Shown in pieces: positions 47,240-58,104 of a stretch of DNA of 64,000 bases (positions within the stretch are counted from its first letter, which is position 1; each line of letters opens with the position of its first letter). A program made the position numbers and the translations under genes. The DNA lies in assembly GCA_019638705.1 (NCBI GenBank), contig JAHBTI010000016.1:4177-68176 (forward strand). The letters are read 5' to 3'. Under the pieces are notes generated by a model. That model was given only the letters and a program-made list of their open reading frames with translations, searched no databases and was not told where the DNA came from. This stretch comes from Bacteroidota bacterium (GTDB taxonomy: Bacteria > Bacteroidota > Bacteroidia > B-17B0 > Aurantibacillaceae).

Positions 47240-47817
47240 CAGCAGGTTTAACAGGCGGCATAGGCAGTGGCAAAAGTACGGTAGCAAAAGTGTTTGAAAT
47301 TTTTGGCTGCGCCGTGTTTTACAGCGATGATGTTGCCAAACGCATTTATTTTGAAGAACCTGTAAAGGAACAAGTAAAAAAATTGCTCGGAAACCAAGCC
47401 TACCTTTCGGAAACAGCCATTGACAAAGCTTACATCAGTTCCAAAATTTTTAACAACACCGATTTATTGCATCAGCTAAATTCAATTATTCACCCTGCCG
47501 TTGGCAAAAAGTTTGAAGCATTTAAAACACAACACGCCGGTAAAATAATAATTAAAGAAACTGCCTTGTTGTTTGAAGCAAGATTAGAAGCACAGGCAGA
47601 TAAAATTATTGTTGTGGCTTCCAGCGACGAACTCCGTATTCGGCGAGTAATGCAGCGCGACCACTTAACCAAAGAAGAAGTACAAAAGAAAATACAAAGC
47701 CAGTTACCGCAAGAAGAAAAAATTAAAAAAGCCGATTTTGTAATTTATAATAACGAAGAAGAGTTTTTAATTACACAGGCTTTGGCTGTTTTTGAGGAGC
47801 TGAAAAATGAGAGTTGA
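47236..47817 (+). CDS. coaE: Dephospho-CoA kinase
   Basis: GLTGGIGSGKST, IIHPAV, RVMQRD. Confidence 0.95.
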   Translation: MTAGLTGGIGSGKSTVAKVFEIFGCAVFYSDDVAKRIYFEEPVKEQVKKLLGNQAYLSETAIDKAYISSKIFNNTDLLHQLNSIIHPAVGKKFEAFKTQHAGKIIIKETALLFEARLEAQADKIIVVASSDELRIRRVMQRDHLTKEEVQKKIQSQLPQEEKIKKADFVIYNNEEEFLITQALAVFEELKNES

Positions 47818-47835
47818 AAGATTTGCAAGGTATTT

Positions 47836-49074
47836 TCAATTGTTTTGGGTTTTCCCTTTTATCATTTCACTTACGCGCCACATCAAAAAAATGCAGAGCA
47901 GCATAATGGCAACCATTATGTAACCGAGCGTATCAAAATGTTGCAGCGGACTGTGTTCGTCATCGGCTTTTACTACAATAAGCCCTGCCACCATAGAACC
48001 TATAGCACCTGCCATATATTGCAGGGAATTGTTTATGCTCATGTACGCTCCTCTGTCTCCCGCATCGGGTACGGCAGAGTTTAAGGCTTGCGCCGGAACA
48101 ATGCGCCCCATAATTCCGGCAAACATTAATGCGTTTATAAAAATAACCTGCCACAGCGGCACAGGCATAAGATTGGTTAAAATAACAACCATAATGCAAG
48201 CAATAATTGTGCCGATAACAAACACTCTGAACTTGTCAAACTTATCAGCCAACCTGCCGATGAGCGGCATAATGAAAACCGCAGCAATGCCGTTAATCAT
48301 AAAAACAAGGGGAATTTTACCACGCTCAATGTTTACATTGTTTACCAGAAAATCGCTGCTGAAAGGCGCAATCATAAAACCTCCCATAGAAAGTAACATG
48401 ATTGCCACAAAACCAATACGGTAATCTCGTTTTTTAACGGTATGCCACAGATGCAAAAAAGCACTTTTATTGTGTTGCAGTTTTAAATGTTCGGTAAGGG
48501 GTTGTAATTTTAACAGAAGCGCAATGCCAATTACAAGCGAAAGAATAACCACACCGTAAAATGTGGAGTGCCAGCCCCATTTGTCTGCCAAATACAAGCC
48601 AAGCGGAATACCCAAAATTTGGCTTCCCGCAAACGCCATTTGCACAAAGCCCATAACCTTGCCGCGCTGTTGCAAAGCAAACAAATCGGTGATGATTGCC
48701 ATAGAAACAGAACCGATAACGCCGCCAAAAAGCCCTGTGATAATACGCGCCCAAAGCAAGGTTTGAAAAGTATTGGCAAGTGCGCAAAACAACGTACCGA
48801 GAATAAAACCCACATAAAAAAAGAGCAGAAGTTTTTTTCTGTCAAATTTATCGGCAAAGCCTGCTGCCAGAAACCCCGACACGCAGGCACTGATTGCATA
48901 CGCCGAAACTACCGAACCAAACTCGCTTGTCGTAAGTTTCATGCTGCTCATTAAAATTTCGCCAAGCGGCGACAAAATCATAAAGTCAAGAATAACGGTG
49001 AAATGTATGAGCGCAATAATGACAATTACAAATTTTTGATAAGCCGTAAAAGTCGCGGAAGATGAAGTTGCCAA
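47836..49074 (-). CDS. MFS transporter
   Basis: ADKFDRKK and GRLADKFDK loop motifs, about 12 TM segments. Confidence 0.9.
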   Translation of the reverse strand: MATSSSATFTAYQKFVIVIIALIHFTVILDFMILSPLGEILMSSMKLTTSEFGSVVSAYAISACVSGFLAAGFADKFDRKKLLLFFYVGFILGTLFCALANTFQTLLWARIITGLFGGVIGSVSMAIITDLFALQQRGKVMGFVQMAFAGSQILGIPLGLYLADKWGWHSTFYGVVILSLVIGIALLLKLQPLTEHLKLQHNKSAFLHLWHTVKKRDYRIGFVAIMLLSMGGFMIAPFSSDFLVNNVNIERGKIPLVFMINGIAAVFIMPLIGRLADKFDKFRVFVIGTIIACIMVVILTNLMPVPLWQVIFINALMFAGIMGRIVPAQALNSAVPDAGDRGAYMSINNSLQYMAGAIGSMVAGLIVVKADDEHSPLQHFDTLGYIMVAIMLLCIFLMWRVSEMIKGKTQNN

Positions 49075-49116
49075 AGAATTTATTTTTTTGAGAGAGTGCG
49101 CAAAGATGAAAAGTAA

Positions 49117-49199
49117 AATTGAACATTGATAATTTTAAATTGAAAGTTGTCAGCTGCTACAAATGTTCAATGTTACTTGTTCAATTATCAATGTTACTT
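49117..49199. repeat. Head-to-head degenerate heptamer tracts with a 13-bp perfect inverted repeat
   Basis: AACATTGATAATT at 49122-49134 and AATTATCAATGTT at 49183-49195. Confidence 0.55.
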
Positions 49200-49213
49200 A
49201 AATTCAAATTATT

Positions 49214-51367
49214 CTACTTTATTAATTTCATTTCATTCAACAAATACCCTGCGCCTGCATATTTATCCACTACCCACAGCGCGTAACGAATGTCCACAAT
49301 AATGTTGCGACAAAACGCGCCGTTGTACATAATATCACTCATAGTGCCTTCCCAGTTGCGGTCAAAGTTTATGCCGATTAATTCTCCTTTGGCGTTCAGC
49401 ACAGGGCTGCCGCTGTTTCCGCCTGTGGTGTGATTGCTGCCGATAAATGCCGTGTGTATTTTCCCTGATTTTTTGTCGGCATATTGCCCAAAGTCTTTTT
49501 TCTCGTACAATTCAATCAGGCGCGGTTTTACATAAAAATCATCTTCGCCTGTTTTGTGTTTTTCTACCAAGCCGTCAAGCGTGGTGTAGTGTAAAAACAA
49601 AACACCGTCTTTTCCGTTGTAATCACTTACTTTACCAAAGGTTACGCGCAACGTTCCGTTTGCATCAGGATAAAACTTTTTGTTTTTTACATTTTCTTTC
49701 AAGCCCTGCATATATTCTTTTTGCAGCTCGTTTATCTGCTTTTCGTAATACGAAATTTGCGGAACAACCGTTTTTTGATAATGCTTGTATATTTCCGAAG
49801 CCAAGCGGTACATCACGTCCTGCTCATACGTTGCAGCATTGGTTTCAAAATTAGAGAACATTATTTTTGCCCGGTCGTTATCTATAAAATACGAGGTATT
49901 GTAAATGTAATCGGTAAGTTTAGTTACATCATTTTTGTATTCGTTCAACAAAGAATCCAAATAACGCGGCATTAAACTGCGTTTCACATCACGCAAATAA
50001 ATCTCCAACATGGCTTTGCATAATTTTTTATCGGTTTCTTTGTTCATGTTTTTAAACGGAAGCGCGGGCGTTGCTTTTTTCAGGGTTTCGTCAAATTTAT
50101 TTTCCGCGCCTGCCTGTTTCTTCTTTAATTCCGTAAACACGTTAATAAAACTTCCTGCAAAGCGTAATCCGTCTATCCCCCAAAGACATTCGGAAAAATA
50201 ATCGTATTGTTTGCTCAGGGGTGCGTATTCATCATACACTTTTTTAAACTGCTGCATCAGGTTAAGGTATTTTTCACGTTTCGCATCATCGCCCACAAGA
50301 TGATTTATAAAATCGTTTTCAAAATCTATTTTTTTTGTAATGGCATCAGATTTTTTCAAGCCCTGCATTTCGCCTGTCCATTTTTTGTAATAGTTGGCAA
50401 CACCTGCATAACGGGCAATGTACATCAGGCGCAGCGTATCGTTTTTCTTCATATCCGCGTCCATAATATCCAAACGTTTTTCGCGCAGCATAATACGAAT
50501 GGGGTCTTGCTGATTAACGATTAAATCAACGGCATAAGAGGTTAAATATTCCTGTGTTCTTCCGGGGAAGCCGTAAACCATGGTAAAATCGTTTTTCTCC
50601 ACGCCTTTTAATGAAATGGGAAATGAATGTGCAGGTGTGTAAGGCACATTGTCTTTGCTATACTCCGCAGGTTTATTGTCTTTGTTTGCATAAATACGAA
50701 ACATGGCAAAATCGGCATTATGACGGGGCCAAACCCAATTATCAGTTTCTCCGCCAAACTTGCCGATGCTTTCGGGCGGTGCACCAACCAAGCGAATGTC
50801 ATTAAAAACTTCGGTAACAAATAAATAATATTCGTTGCCGTAAAAAAACGGACGAATAAATGCCTTGTAATGATTGCCTTGCCCTGCGGCGTTTTCCAAA
50901 CTTTTTATGTTGGCAGAAATAACAGAATCTTTTTGTGTTTCAGAAAATTCAGTTTTTATGTTTTGCAGCACTTTTGCGGTAACATCTTCAATGCGTTTGA
51001 TAAACGTAACCGTTAAACCCTTGCATAAAATTTCTTCTTCGGGCTTCATGGCAAAATACCCGTTTTTTAAATAATCGTTTTCAAGCGTGGTTAATGCCGC
51101 AATAGACGAAAAACCACAATGATGATTGGTTAAAATTAAGCCTTTGTTTGAAATCACTTCTGCCGTGCAGCCACCGCCAAATATGGCAACGGCATCTTTC
51201 ATGCTTGCTTTGTTGATGTCGTAAATTTGTTTTGCCGAAAGTTTAAAACCGTTCGCTTTCATGTCTTTGATGTTCAACGCATCAATTAATTGCGGCATCC
51301 ACATGCCTTCATCGGCGCGAGAAACGAGTGTGAGGGCGGTAAGTACGAGAAATAATTTTTGTTTCAT
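49214..51367 (-). CDS. S46 family dipeptidyl peptidase
   Basis: DEGMW, GGGCT, LTNHHC, NWVWPRH, TGGNSGSPV, FDRNWEG. Confidence 0.95.
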   Translation of the reverse strand: MKQKLFLVLTALTLVSRADEGMWMPQLIDALNIKDMKANGFKLSAKQIYDINKASMKDAVAIFGGGCTAEVISNKGLILTNHHCGFSSIAALTTLENDYLKNGYFAMKPEEEILCKGLTVTFIKRIEDVTAKVLQNIKTEFSETQKDSVISANIKSLENAAGQGNHYKAFIRPFFYGNEYYLFVTEVFNDIRLVGAPPESIGKFGGETDNWVWPRHNADFAMFRIYANKDNKPAEYSKDNVPYTPAHSFPISLKGVEKNDFTMVYGFPGRTQEYLTSYAVDLIVNQQDPIRIMLREKRLDIMDADMKKNDTLRLMYIARYAGVANYYKKWTGEMQGLKKSDAITKKIDFENDFINHLVGDDAKREKYLNLMQQFKKVYDEYAPLSKQYDYFSECLWGIDGLRFAGSFINVFTELKKKQAGAENKFDETLKKATPALPFKNMNKETDKKLCKAMLEIYLRDVKRSLMPRYLDSLLNEYKNDVTKLTDYIYNTSYFIDNDRAKIMFSNFETNAATYEQDVMYRLASEIYKHYQKTVVPQISYYEKQINELQKEYMQGLKENVKNKKFYPDANGTLRVTFGKVSDYNGKDGVLFLHYTTLDGLVEKHKTGEDDFYVKPRLIELYEKKDFGQYADKKSGKIHTAFIGSNHTTGGNSGSPVLNAKGELIGINFDRNWEGTMSDIMYNGAFCRNIIVDIRYALWVVDKYAGAGYLLNEMKLIK

Positions 51368-51466
51368 ATTTTTATAATAGTTTGAAAGTTTGAATTTATG
51401 TTTGCTCTTGTTTTGAAATTGAAGGGCAAAAGTAGGGTTAAAAAAAGGTTTACCAAAAAAATACTG

Positions 51467-53467
51467 TTATCTAATTACAACACGCCCCAACAGCTTACTC
51501 ACACGCTCAATCAAGGCATTCAGCTTTTTTATTTCTACTAAAAGTTCATCAATAATTTCAGATGAAGAAGTTCGCAGCAATTCGTCTTTTTCTTTTTTAT
51601 ACGATTGCAAAATGCGGGCTTTTAAGCTGAATAAAATTTTTTCTGCGTTTTTTTTAGCTTCGTGTATTTCGTCTGGAACAAGAATACTGAAACGTTTTTC
51701 CCAATGCGGACTTAATGTATGATTGGTGATTGCATTATTCACCGCAAAAGTGCTGATGACAGGATTTTGGTGCATTAAAAAATGCTGCACCGCAGGCAAA
51801 CGGTTTTCAGACAATTCGTGAACGTACTCGTCTAACACGGTTTGATGAATGGGATTTTCAAATTTTATGTCGTCACGTTCCAGTTCCATAAACACAAATT
51901 CAGCCAAGGTAATTTCCACTTCATGTTTGTTGCTGTCTTCATCTTCGGCATGGGTAACTACTATCAATCCGCCATAATTCAAAATTAATTTTAATAAATC
52001 ACGTTCTTCACGCTCAAATTTAAAAATGTCTTCTTCTATTGTTTGCTCTTGCGAAATGCCCTGTTCACCTGCGTATTCAGGCGGAACAAAATCATCAGGC
52101 GGAGTATCGTTGCTTACTTTTTGTTGTTTACCGCTCGCTTTTCTGCGAAGTTTATTTACTTCGGTTTGCAGCACGGTTTCTTCCATTTCCATAATGTTTG
52201 CGCATTCTTTTATGTAAATGCTGCGAATAATATTATCAGGAATTAAAGAAATATTTTCAACGATGTCTTTGATGACAGTCGCTCGTTTTATCGGGTCGTT
52301 TTTGGTTTCGTCTTTTAATTTTTTTGCTTTGAAGTATAAAAAGTCAGAGGTATTATTTTCAATGTACGTTTGAAATTCTTCCGTACTTACTTTTCTGCTG
52401 AACGAATCGGGGTCATCGTTGTTCGGAAATTGCAGCAAACGCACATTCATACCTTCCTCTAACAGCAAAGGAATGGCGCGGTTGCTCGCTTTTTGTCCCG
52501 CTTCATCGCCGTCATACAACACCACAATGTTTCGTGTAAAACGGTGAATGGACTTTATTTGTTCAATGGTTAAAGAAGTTCCGCTTGAAGCCACCACATT
52601 TTCAATTCCCGCCTGGTGCATGGCAATCACGTCCATATAACCCTCCACCAAAAAACAGGTGTCTTTATTCTGAATTGATTTTTTTCCTAACCACAAACCG
52701 TACAAAATTTTACTCTTGTTGTAAATTTCTGTTTCGGGACTGTTGATGTACTTCGCCGTTTTTTTATCGCTGCTTAATGTTCTTCCGCCAAAAGCTACCA
52801 CGCGCCCGCCGTCATCGTGAATGGGAAACATGACGCGCCCCGCATAACGGTCAAAAATATCTTGCGCGATAATTTCGTTTCCTTCCACATAGCGGTTGCT
52901 CAAAATGCTCATGCCTGTTTTTACCAAATATTTTGGCTGATAACCGTTTTTAATGGCGGCGTTTGAAAAAGCATTGCGTTCTTCCAAGCTGTAACCCAAC
53001 TGAAATTTTTCAATGATGTCGGCTCGCAAACCACGCTCTACAAAGTAACCAAGCCCGATTGACTTTCCCTCATCGCTGTTGTGCATCGTATCGGAAAAAT
53101 AACGTTGCGCGTATTGCATCACAATCATCATGCTTTCGCGCTCGGTTTGCTGTTCGCGTTCTTCGGGGGTTATTTCGCGTTCTACAACTTCAATGTTATA
53201 TTTTTTCGCCAACCATTTTAAGGCTTCGGGGTAAGAAAGCTGCAAATGTTCCATGATAAAATTCACGGAGTTGCCTGCCTTGCCGCAGCCGAAACATTTG
53301 TAAATACCTTTAACAGGAGAAACCGTGAACGAAGGTGTTTTTTCACCGTGAAAAGGACAAAGCCCCAACAAATTTGCACCGCGTTTTTTCAGCGTAACAA
53401 ATTCGCCTACCACGTCTTCCACATGAGCGGCATCAATAATTTTATCAACGGTTTGCTTTGGTATCAC
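51467..53467 (-). CDS. dnaG: DNA primase
   Basis: CPFHGEKTPSF...YKCFGC zinc finger, KYINSPET, VEGYMDV, YDGDEAG. Confidence 0.97.
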   Translation of the reverse strand: MIPKQTVDKIIDAAHVEDVVGEFVTLKKRGANLLGLCPFHGEKTPSFTVSPVKGIYKCFGCGKAGNSVNFIMEHLQLSYPEALKWLAKKYNIEVVEREITPEEREQQTERESMMIVMQYAQRYFSDTMHNSDEGKSIGLGYFVERGLRADIIEKFQLGYSLEERNAFSNAAIKNGYQPKYLVKTGMSILSNRYVEGNEIIAQDIFDRYAGRVMFPIHDDGGRVVAFGGRTLSSDKKTAKYINSPETEIYNKSKILYGLWLGKKSIQNKDTCFLVEGYMDVIAMHQAGIENVVASSGTSLTIEQIKSIHRFTRNIVVLYDGDEAGQKASNRAIPLLLEEGMNVRLLQFPNNDDPDSFSRKVSTEEFQTYIENNTSDFLYFKAKKLKDETKNDPIKRATVIKDIVENISLIPDNIIRSIYIKECANIMEMEETVLQTEVNKLRRKASGKQQKVSNDTPPDDFVPPEYAGEQGISQEQTIEEDIFKFEREERDLLKLILNYGGLIVVTHAEDEDSNKHEVEITLAEFVFMELERDDIKFENPIHQTVLDEYVHELSENRLPAVQHFLMHQNPVISTFAVNNAITNHTLSPHWEKRFSILVPDEIHEAKKNAEKILFSLKARILQSYKKEKDELLRTSSSEIIDELLVEIKKLNALIERVSKLLGRVVIR

Positions 53468-53605
53468 AATTTGAATAATGAGGACTTAAAGATAACAAGA
53501 AGTTAATTGAAATGAAGTTTTAAAAAATTTGTAGCTAAATTTTTGGTTTAGAATTTCATACTTTATCGTGCTTTTTAGAATTTGGTATTTAGATTTTAAT
53601 ATTTA

Positions 53606-54376
53606 TCACTCTAAAACCCACTTCACCCCTTTCACATCAAACTCAAATCCCCTGCCCGTTCTGTCTTCCAAAAGCAACAAACCTTTTTCGCTTATTCCTT
53701 TTACCAAGAGATTTTTTACTTCATTATTAATTTCAAAATCAAGAAAAACATTTAATCCGAAAAACCGGTTCAGATAATTTTCTTTGATGAAATCAAACTT
53801 ATTGTTGAGCAAAGCCAAATACCATTTTTCCAAATGCTTGCACAGGGTTTTCAAAACATCTGAAACTTCAAACTGTTTTTCGGCTTGCAATAATTTTAAC
53901 GAAGTGGCTTTTATGTTTTCTGCAAAATGTGTTTGATTAACGTTAATGCCCACTCCCACCACACTCCACATAATTTGAGAATTCTGCAAATTATTTTCAA
54001 TTAAAATGCCCGCAATTTTTTTTCTGTTTACCAAAACATCATTCGGAAACTTAACTTTAATGTCAAAATGGCTTTCGTGCAAAAATTCCGCCAGAGTGTC
54101 ATAGCAAGCCAAAGCCGAAATCTGATACAAAAAGAATTGTTTTTCAATGCTTAAAAACGTTGGTCTTAAAATTATGGAAGCCGTGAGATTGCTTGCAGGT
54201 TCTGCGTTCCAAGAGTTTCCGCGTTGTCCTTTTCCTTGTGTTTGGTGGGCGGTGTGTATCACCGTTCCTTCAGGCGAATGAATGTTCCTTAGCAAGTCGG
54301 TGGCATAAGAATTGGTACTTGATACTTCAGGTAAAAAAATGATGTTTTTGCCAATAAATAACGTTTCCATTGCCAC
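53606..54376 (-). CDS. birA: Biotin--[acetyl-CoA carboxylase] ligase
   Basis: SSTN, QTQGKGQRGNSW, KFPND, KKIAGILIE. Confidence 0.93.
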   Translation of the reverse strand: MAMETLFIGKNIIFLPEVSSTNSYATDLLRNIHSPEGTVIHTAHQTQGKGQRGNSWNAEPASNLTASIILRPTFLSIEKQFFLYQISALACYDTLAEFLHESHFDIKVKFPNDVLVNRKKIAGILIENNLQNSQIMWSVVGVGINVNQTHFAENIKATSLKLLQAEKQFEVSDVLKTLCKHLEKWYLALLNNKFDFIKENYLNRFFGLNVFLDFEINNEVKNLLVKGISEKGLLLLEDRTGRGFEFDVKGVKWVLE

Positions 54377-54435
54377 AAATGCCTTAAATTTGTTGTCTTG
54401 CGAAATTACTGCAATTAAATTTAAGAGCTTACAAT

Positions 54436-55011
54436 ATGGCTAAAAAACAGGTTAAAAAAACCTTAGTGAAAAAATCGGCTGCTAAAAAATCGGCAAAGAA
54501 AACAGCCGCAAAAAAAACGGGCAAATCTTCGGGAACGAAAAAAATCGTAAAAAAAGAACTGACTGACAAGGAACGTGCTTTTCGTGAGGCAAACCTCATT
54601 GCTAATTCAGAAAAAAAGAAAACCATAAAAAGCAAACGCCCTAAAAAATCGGCAACGCCCGCGCAAACATTAAGTTTGGTTGATGCCGTTGTAGAGGGTA
54701 TGCGCGAGAAAAAAGCCAAAAACATTACCATTCTCAATTTAAAAAATATTGAAAACCGTGTTACGGATTACTTTGTAATTTGCGATGCGGAAAGCAACAC
54801 GCACGTTAATTCCATTGCTGACAGCGTGGAAGAAATTGTTGAAAAATTTAATAAAGAAACACCGTATCACAGCGAAGGTAAACAAAACGGCGAATGGATT
54901 TTGATTGATTACATTAACGTGGTGGCGCACGTTTTTTTGCGCGAAATGCGCGAACATTATAACATAGAAGGGCTTTGGGGCGATGCCGAATTTACAGCCA
55001 TTGAAGATTAA
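54436..55011 (+). CDS. rsfS: Ribosome silencing factor with a Lys/Ala-rich N-terminal extension
   Basis: DYFVICDAES, EWILIDY..VVAHVF, REHYNIEGLWGDA. Confidence 0.9.
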   Translation: MAKKQVKKTLVKKSAAKKSAKKTAAKKTGKSSGTKKIVKKELTDKERAFREANLIANSEKKKTIKSKRPKKSATPAQTLSLVDAVVEGMREKKAKNITILNLKNIENRVTDYFVICDAESNTHVNSIADSVEEIVEKFNKETPYHSEGKQNGEWILIDYINVVAHVFLREMREHYNIEGLWGDAEFTAIED

Positions 55012-55013
55012 AA

Positions 55014-55048
55014 GTTAGAATTTAGATATTAGAATTTAGAATTTAAAA
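55014..55048. repeat. Heptamer tandem tract (TTAGAAT-like)
   Basis: TTAGAAT TTAGATA TTAGAAT TTAGAAT between rsfS and ftsH; a similar tract lies at about 53575-53603. Confidence 0.55.
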
Positions 55049-55052
55049 AGAC

Positions 55053-57185
55053 ATGAACCAAGAACAAGAACATAAGAACCTGAACAATCAAAATCAGCAG
55101 AACAAAAACTCTGCCGAAGAAGAACGTAAAAAGCAGTTTGACCGAATGAAAGAAAAATTCGGCAAACAAAGCAGCAACAACAATCCTTTTGGAAACAACA
55201 ACAAAAGCAACGGCGGAAATAATTTTTATTGGATTTACGGTTTGGTTATTGTTGGTTTGCTGTTCATTGTTTTTTACGGAAACAATGTTAATTCCAAATT
55301 AGTTGAAGTAAACCAAAACAAATTTCTGTACGAAATGCTTGCCAAAGGCGATGTGCGTAAAGTGGAAATTGTAAACAAACAATTTGCCCGCATTACTATA
55401 ATTCCTGACAGCGCGGCAAAATCAAACGCTTACAAAAATCCGCAAACAGGCACGGCGTATTTCCCTGATAAACGTTATCCCGGTCCGCACTTTACCGTAA
55501 ACATTGTTTCGGTTGATAACTTTTTGAAGGACATGGAAAAAGTGCAGGACGATGCACAGGTTGAAAAAGCAAACCAAATTACGGCGAAAAGTGTGGAAGA
55601 AACCAATTGGCTCGGCGACCAGCTCACTTGGTTTTTGCCGATTATTTTTATGGTAGTTATTTGGATTGTGCTGATGCGCAGAATGGGCGGCGGCGGAGGC
55701 ATGGGCGGACCGGGACAACTGTTCAACATTGGGCGTTCGCGTGCTACATTAATTGACAAAGACACGCAAGTAAATGTTACATTCAACGATGTGGCGGGCT
55801 TAGACGGCGCAAAACAAGAAATTATGGAAATTGTAGATTTCCTCAAAAACCCGAAAAAATATACTGATTTAGGCGCGAAAATTCCGAAAGGCGCACTCTT
55901 AGTAGGTCCTCCGGGCACAGGAAAAACCCTGTTAGCAAAAGCCGTTGCGGGCGAAGCAAAAGTTCCGTTCTTCTCATTAAGCGGTTCTGATTTTGTAGAA
56001 ATGTTTGTGGGCGTGGGTGCAAGCCGTGTGCGAGATTTGTTCAGACAAGCAAAAGAAAAATCGCCCTGCATTATTTTTATTGACGAGATTGATGCCATCG
56101 GTCGTGCACGCGGAAAAAGCGTTTCGGCAGGCGCAAACGATGAACGCGAAAATACCTTAAATCAATTATTGACCGAAATGGACGGCTTTGGCACAAACAG
56201 TGGCGTAATTATTTTAGCTGCAACAAACCGCGCCGATATTCTTGACCGAGCTTTGATGCGCGCAGGTCGCTTTGACCGACAAATTTATGTGGATATGCCT
56301 GACCTGAACGAGCGCAGAGCCATTTTTCAAGTTCACTTAAAAAACATTAAAACCGATGCAAGCCTTGACATTGATTTTTTGGCAAGACAAACGCCTGGTT
56401 TCAGCGGCGCAGACATTGCGAATATCTGTAACGAAGCCGCTTTAATTGCTGCGCGTTCAGAGAAAAAAACAGTTCAGCGACAAGATTTCTTAGATGCCGT
56501 TGACCGCATTATTGCAGGCTTGGAAAAGAAAAATAAAATCATTACGCCGCAGGAAAAACGTGTGATTGCTTTTCACGAAGCAGGACACGCTACTGTAAGT
56601 TGGATGCTGGAACACGCCAGTCCTTTGGTAAAAGTTACCATTGTTCCTCGCGGAAAATCTCTCGGCGCAGCTTGGTACTTGCCCGAAGAAAGACAAATCA
56701 CTACCTCCGACCAAATTATGGACGAAATGTGCGCAGCACTTGGCGGACGTGCTGCCGAAGACATTATTTTCGGAAAAATCAGTACAGGTGCGTTAAGCGA
56801 CTTGGAAAAAATAACCAAACAAGCGTATGCCTCTATTGTGTATTACGGCTTAAACAACAAAATTGGAAATGTGAGCTATTACGACAGCACAGGACAAAGC
56901 GAATATTCCTTTGGCAAACCGTACAGCGAAGACACCGCAAAAACCATTGACGAAGAAGTGAAGAAAATGATTGAAATTGCTTACGCAAAAACCAAGCAAA
57001 TTCTCAACGACCACAAAGTGCAATTAACTGTGCTTGCAGAAAAATTGTTGGAAAAAGAAGTTATTTTCAGAGAAGATTTGGAAACTATTTTCGGTAAACG
57101 CCCTTACGATAAACCCGAAGAAGAAATCCAAAAAACAGAAAATCAAATTCCGCCGGCAGTTGATATTGAGCCAACGGTGTCTTAA
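55053..57185 (+). CDS. ftsH: ATP-dependent zinc metalloprotease FtsH
   Basis: [18 protein letters not shown] second region of homology, HEAGH. Confidence 0.97.
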   Translation: MNQEQEHKNLNNQNQQNKNSAEEERKKQFDRMKEKFGKQSSNNNPFGNNNKSNGGNNFYWIYGLVIVGLLFIVFYGNNVNSKLVEVNQNKFLYEMLAKGDVRKVEIVNKQFARITIIPDSAAKSNAYKNPQTGTAYFPDKRYPGPHFTVNIVSVDNFLKDMEKVQDDAQVEKANQITAKSVEETNWLGDQLTWFLPIIFMVVIWIVLMRRMGGGGGMGGPGQLFNIGRSRATLIDKDTQVNVTFNDVAGLDGAKQEIMEIVDFLKNPKKYTDLGAKIPKGALLVGPPGTGKTLLAKAVAGEAKVPFFSLSGSDFVEMFVGVGASRVRDLFRQAKEKSPCIIFIDEIDAIGRARGKSVSAGANDERENTLNQLLTEMDGFGTNSGVIILAATNRADILDRALMRAGRFDRQIYVDMPDLNERRAIFQVHLKNIKTDASLDIDFLARQTPGFSGADIANICNEAALIAARSEKKTVQRQDFLDAVDRIIAGLEKKNKIITPQEKRVIAFHEAGHATVSWMLEHASPLVKVTIVPRGKSLGAAWYLPEERQITTSDQIMDEMCAALGGRAAEDIIFGKISTGALSDLEKITKQAYASIVYYGLNNKIGNVSYYDSTGQSEYSFGKPYSEDTAKTIDEEVKKMIEIAYAKTKQILNDHKVQLTVLAEKLLEKEVIFREDLETIFGKRPYDKPEEEIQKTENQIPPAVDIEPTVS

Positions 57186-57229
57186 CTTTTTTCTGCGGGC
57201 TTTTCGTTAAAATTGAAAATTAAATTTAT

Positions 57230-58024
57230 ATGAAGAAAATTATCTTACCGGCTGTGGCATTTTCCTTACTCATGTATGGCTGCCACAAAAACGCCGTTAC
57301 AGGCAAACGCTCTTTATCATTGGTTCCCGAAAACGAATTAATTGGCATGAGCGTTCAGCAATACGCCGAATTTTTACAGCAAAACCCTCCCCTGCCCGAC
57401 AGCGACGAGCGAGTGCAAATGGTTAAACGCAGCGGTACAAAAATTCAAAAAGCCGTAGAAAAATATTATGCCGACAAAGGCGCTTCAAAAGATTTGGAAG
57501 CCTTTCAGTGGGAATTTAATGTGGTTAATTCCGATGAAATAAATGCGTGGTGTATGCCGGGCGGAAAAGTAGCAGTTTACACAGGCATTTTACCTGTTAC
57601 ACAAGATGAACAGAGTTTGGCTGTGGTGATGGGGCATGAGGTGGCTCACGCCGTAGCACGACACGGTAATCAGCGTATGAGCCAAAGCATGATTACTCAG
57701 TTTGGTGGCGCGGCATTATCAACGGCTATGGGGCAAAACCCAAGTTTAACAGGGCAGTTGTTTCAGCAAGCGGTTGGTTTTGGCTCAACCTTGGGCGCAT
57801 TAAAATTCAGCCGCAAGCACGAGAGTGAAGCAGATGAAATGGGCTTGATTTTTGCTGCCATGGCAGGTTACAATCCCGAAGCGGCTATTACTTTTTGGCA
57901 ACGCATGGCTAATAGTGGCGGACAAAAACCACCCGAAATTTTAAGCACCCACCCAAGCGATGAAACTCGCATTAAAAATTTGCAAGCCTTTATGCCAACG
58001 GCAATGAAATATTACAAACCGTAA
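57230..58024 (+). CDS. M48 family metalloprotease lipoprotein
   Basis: Lipobox YGC; NAWCMPGG, HEVAH, ESEAD, LSTHP. Confidence 0.92.
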   Translation: MKKIILPAVAFSLLMYGCHKNAVTGKRSLSLVPENELIGMSVQQYAEFLQQNPPLPDSDERVQMVKRSGTKIQKAVEKYYADKGASKDLEAFQWEFNVVNSDEINAWCMPGGKVAVYTGILPVTQDEQSLAVVMGHEVAHAVARHGNQRMSQSMITQFGGAALSTAMGQNPSLTGQLFQQAVGFGSTLGALKFSRKHESEADEMGLIFAAMAGYNPEAAITFWQRMANSGGQKPPEILSTHPSDETRIKNLQAFMPTAMKYYKP

Positions 58025-58052
58025 TAAGAATTATTGAGAATTGAACGAAAAT

Positions 58053-58086
58053 AAAAAAGTCCCGAGTTAATACTCGGGACTTTTTT
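58053..58086. terminator. Bidirectional intrinsic terminator between the M48 gene and rpoC
   Basis: AAAAAAGTCCCGAGT / ACTCGGGACTTTTTT stem. Confidence 0.88.
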
Positions 58087-58104
58087 TGTTTTTTATACTT
58101 CCTT

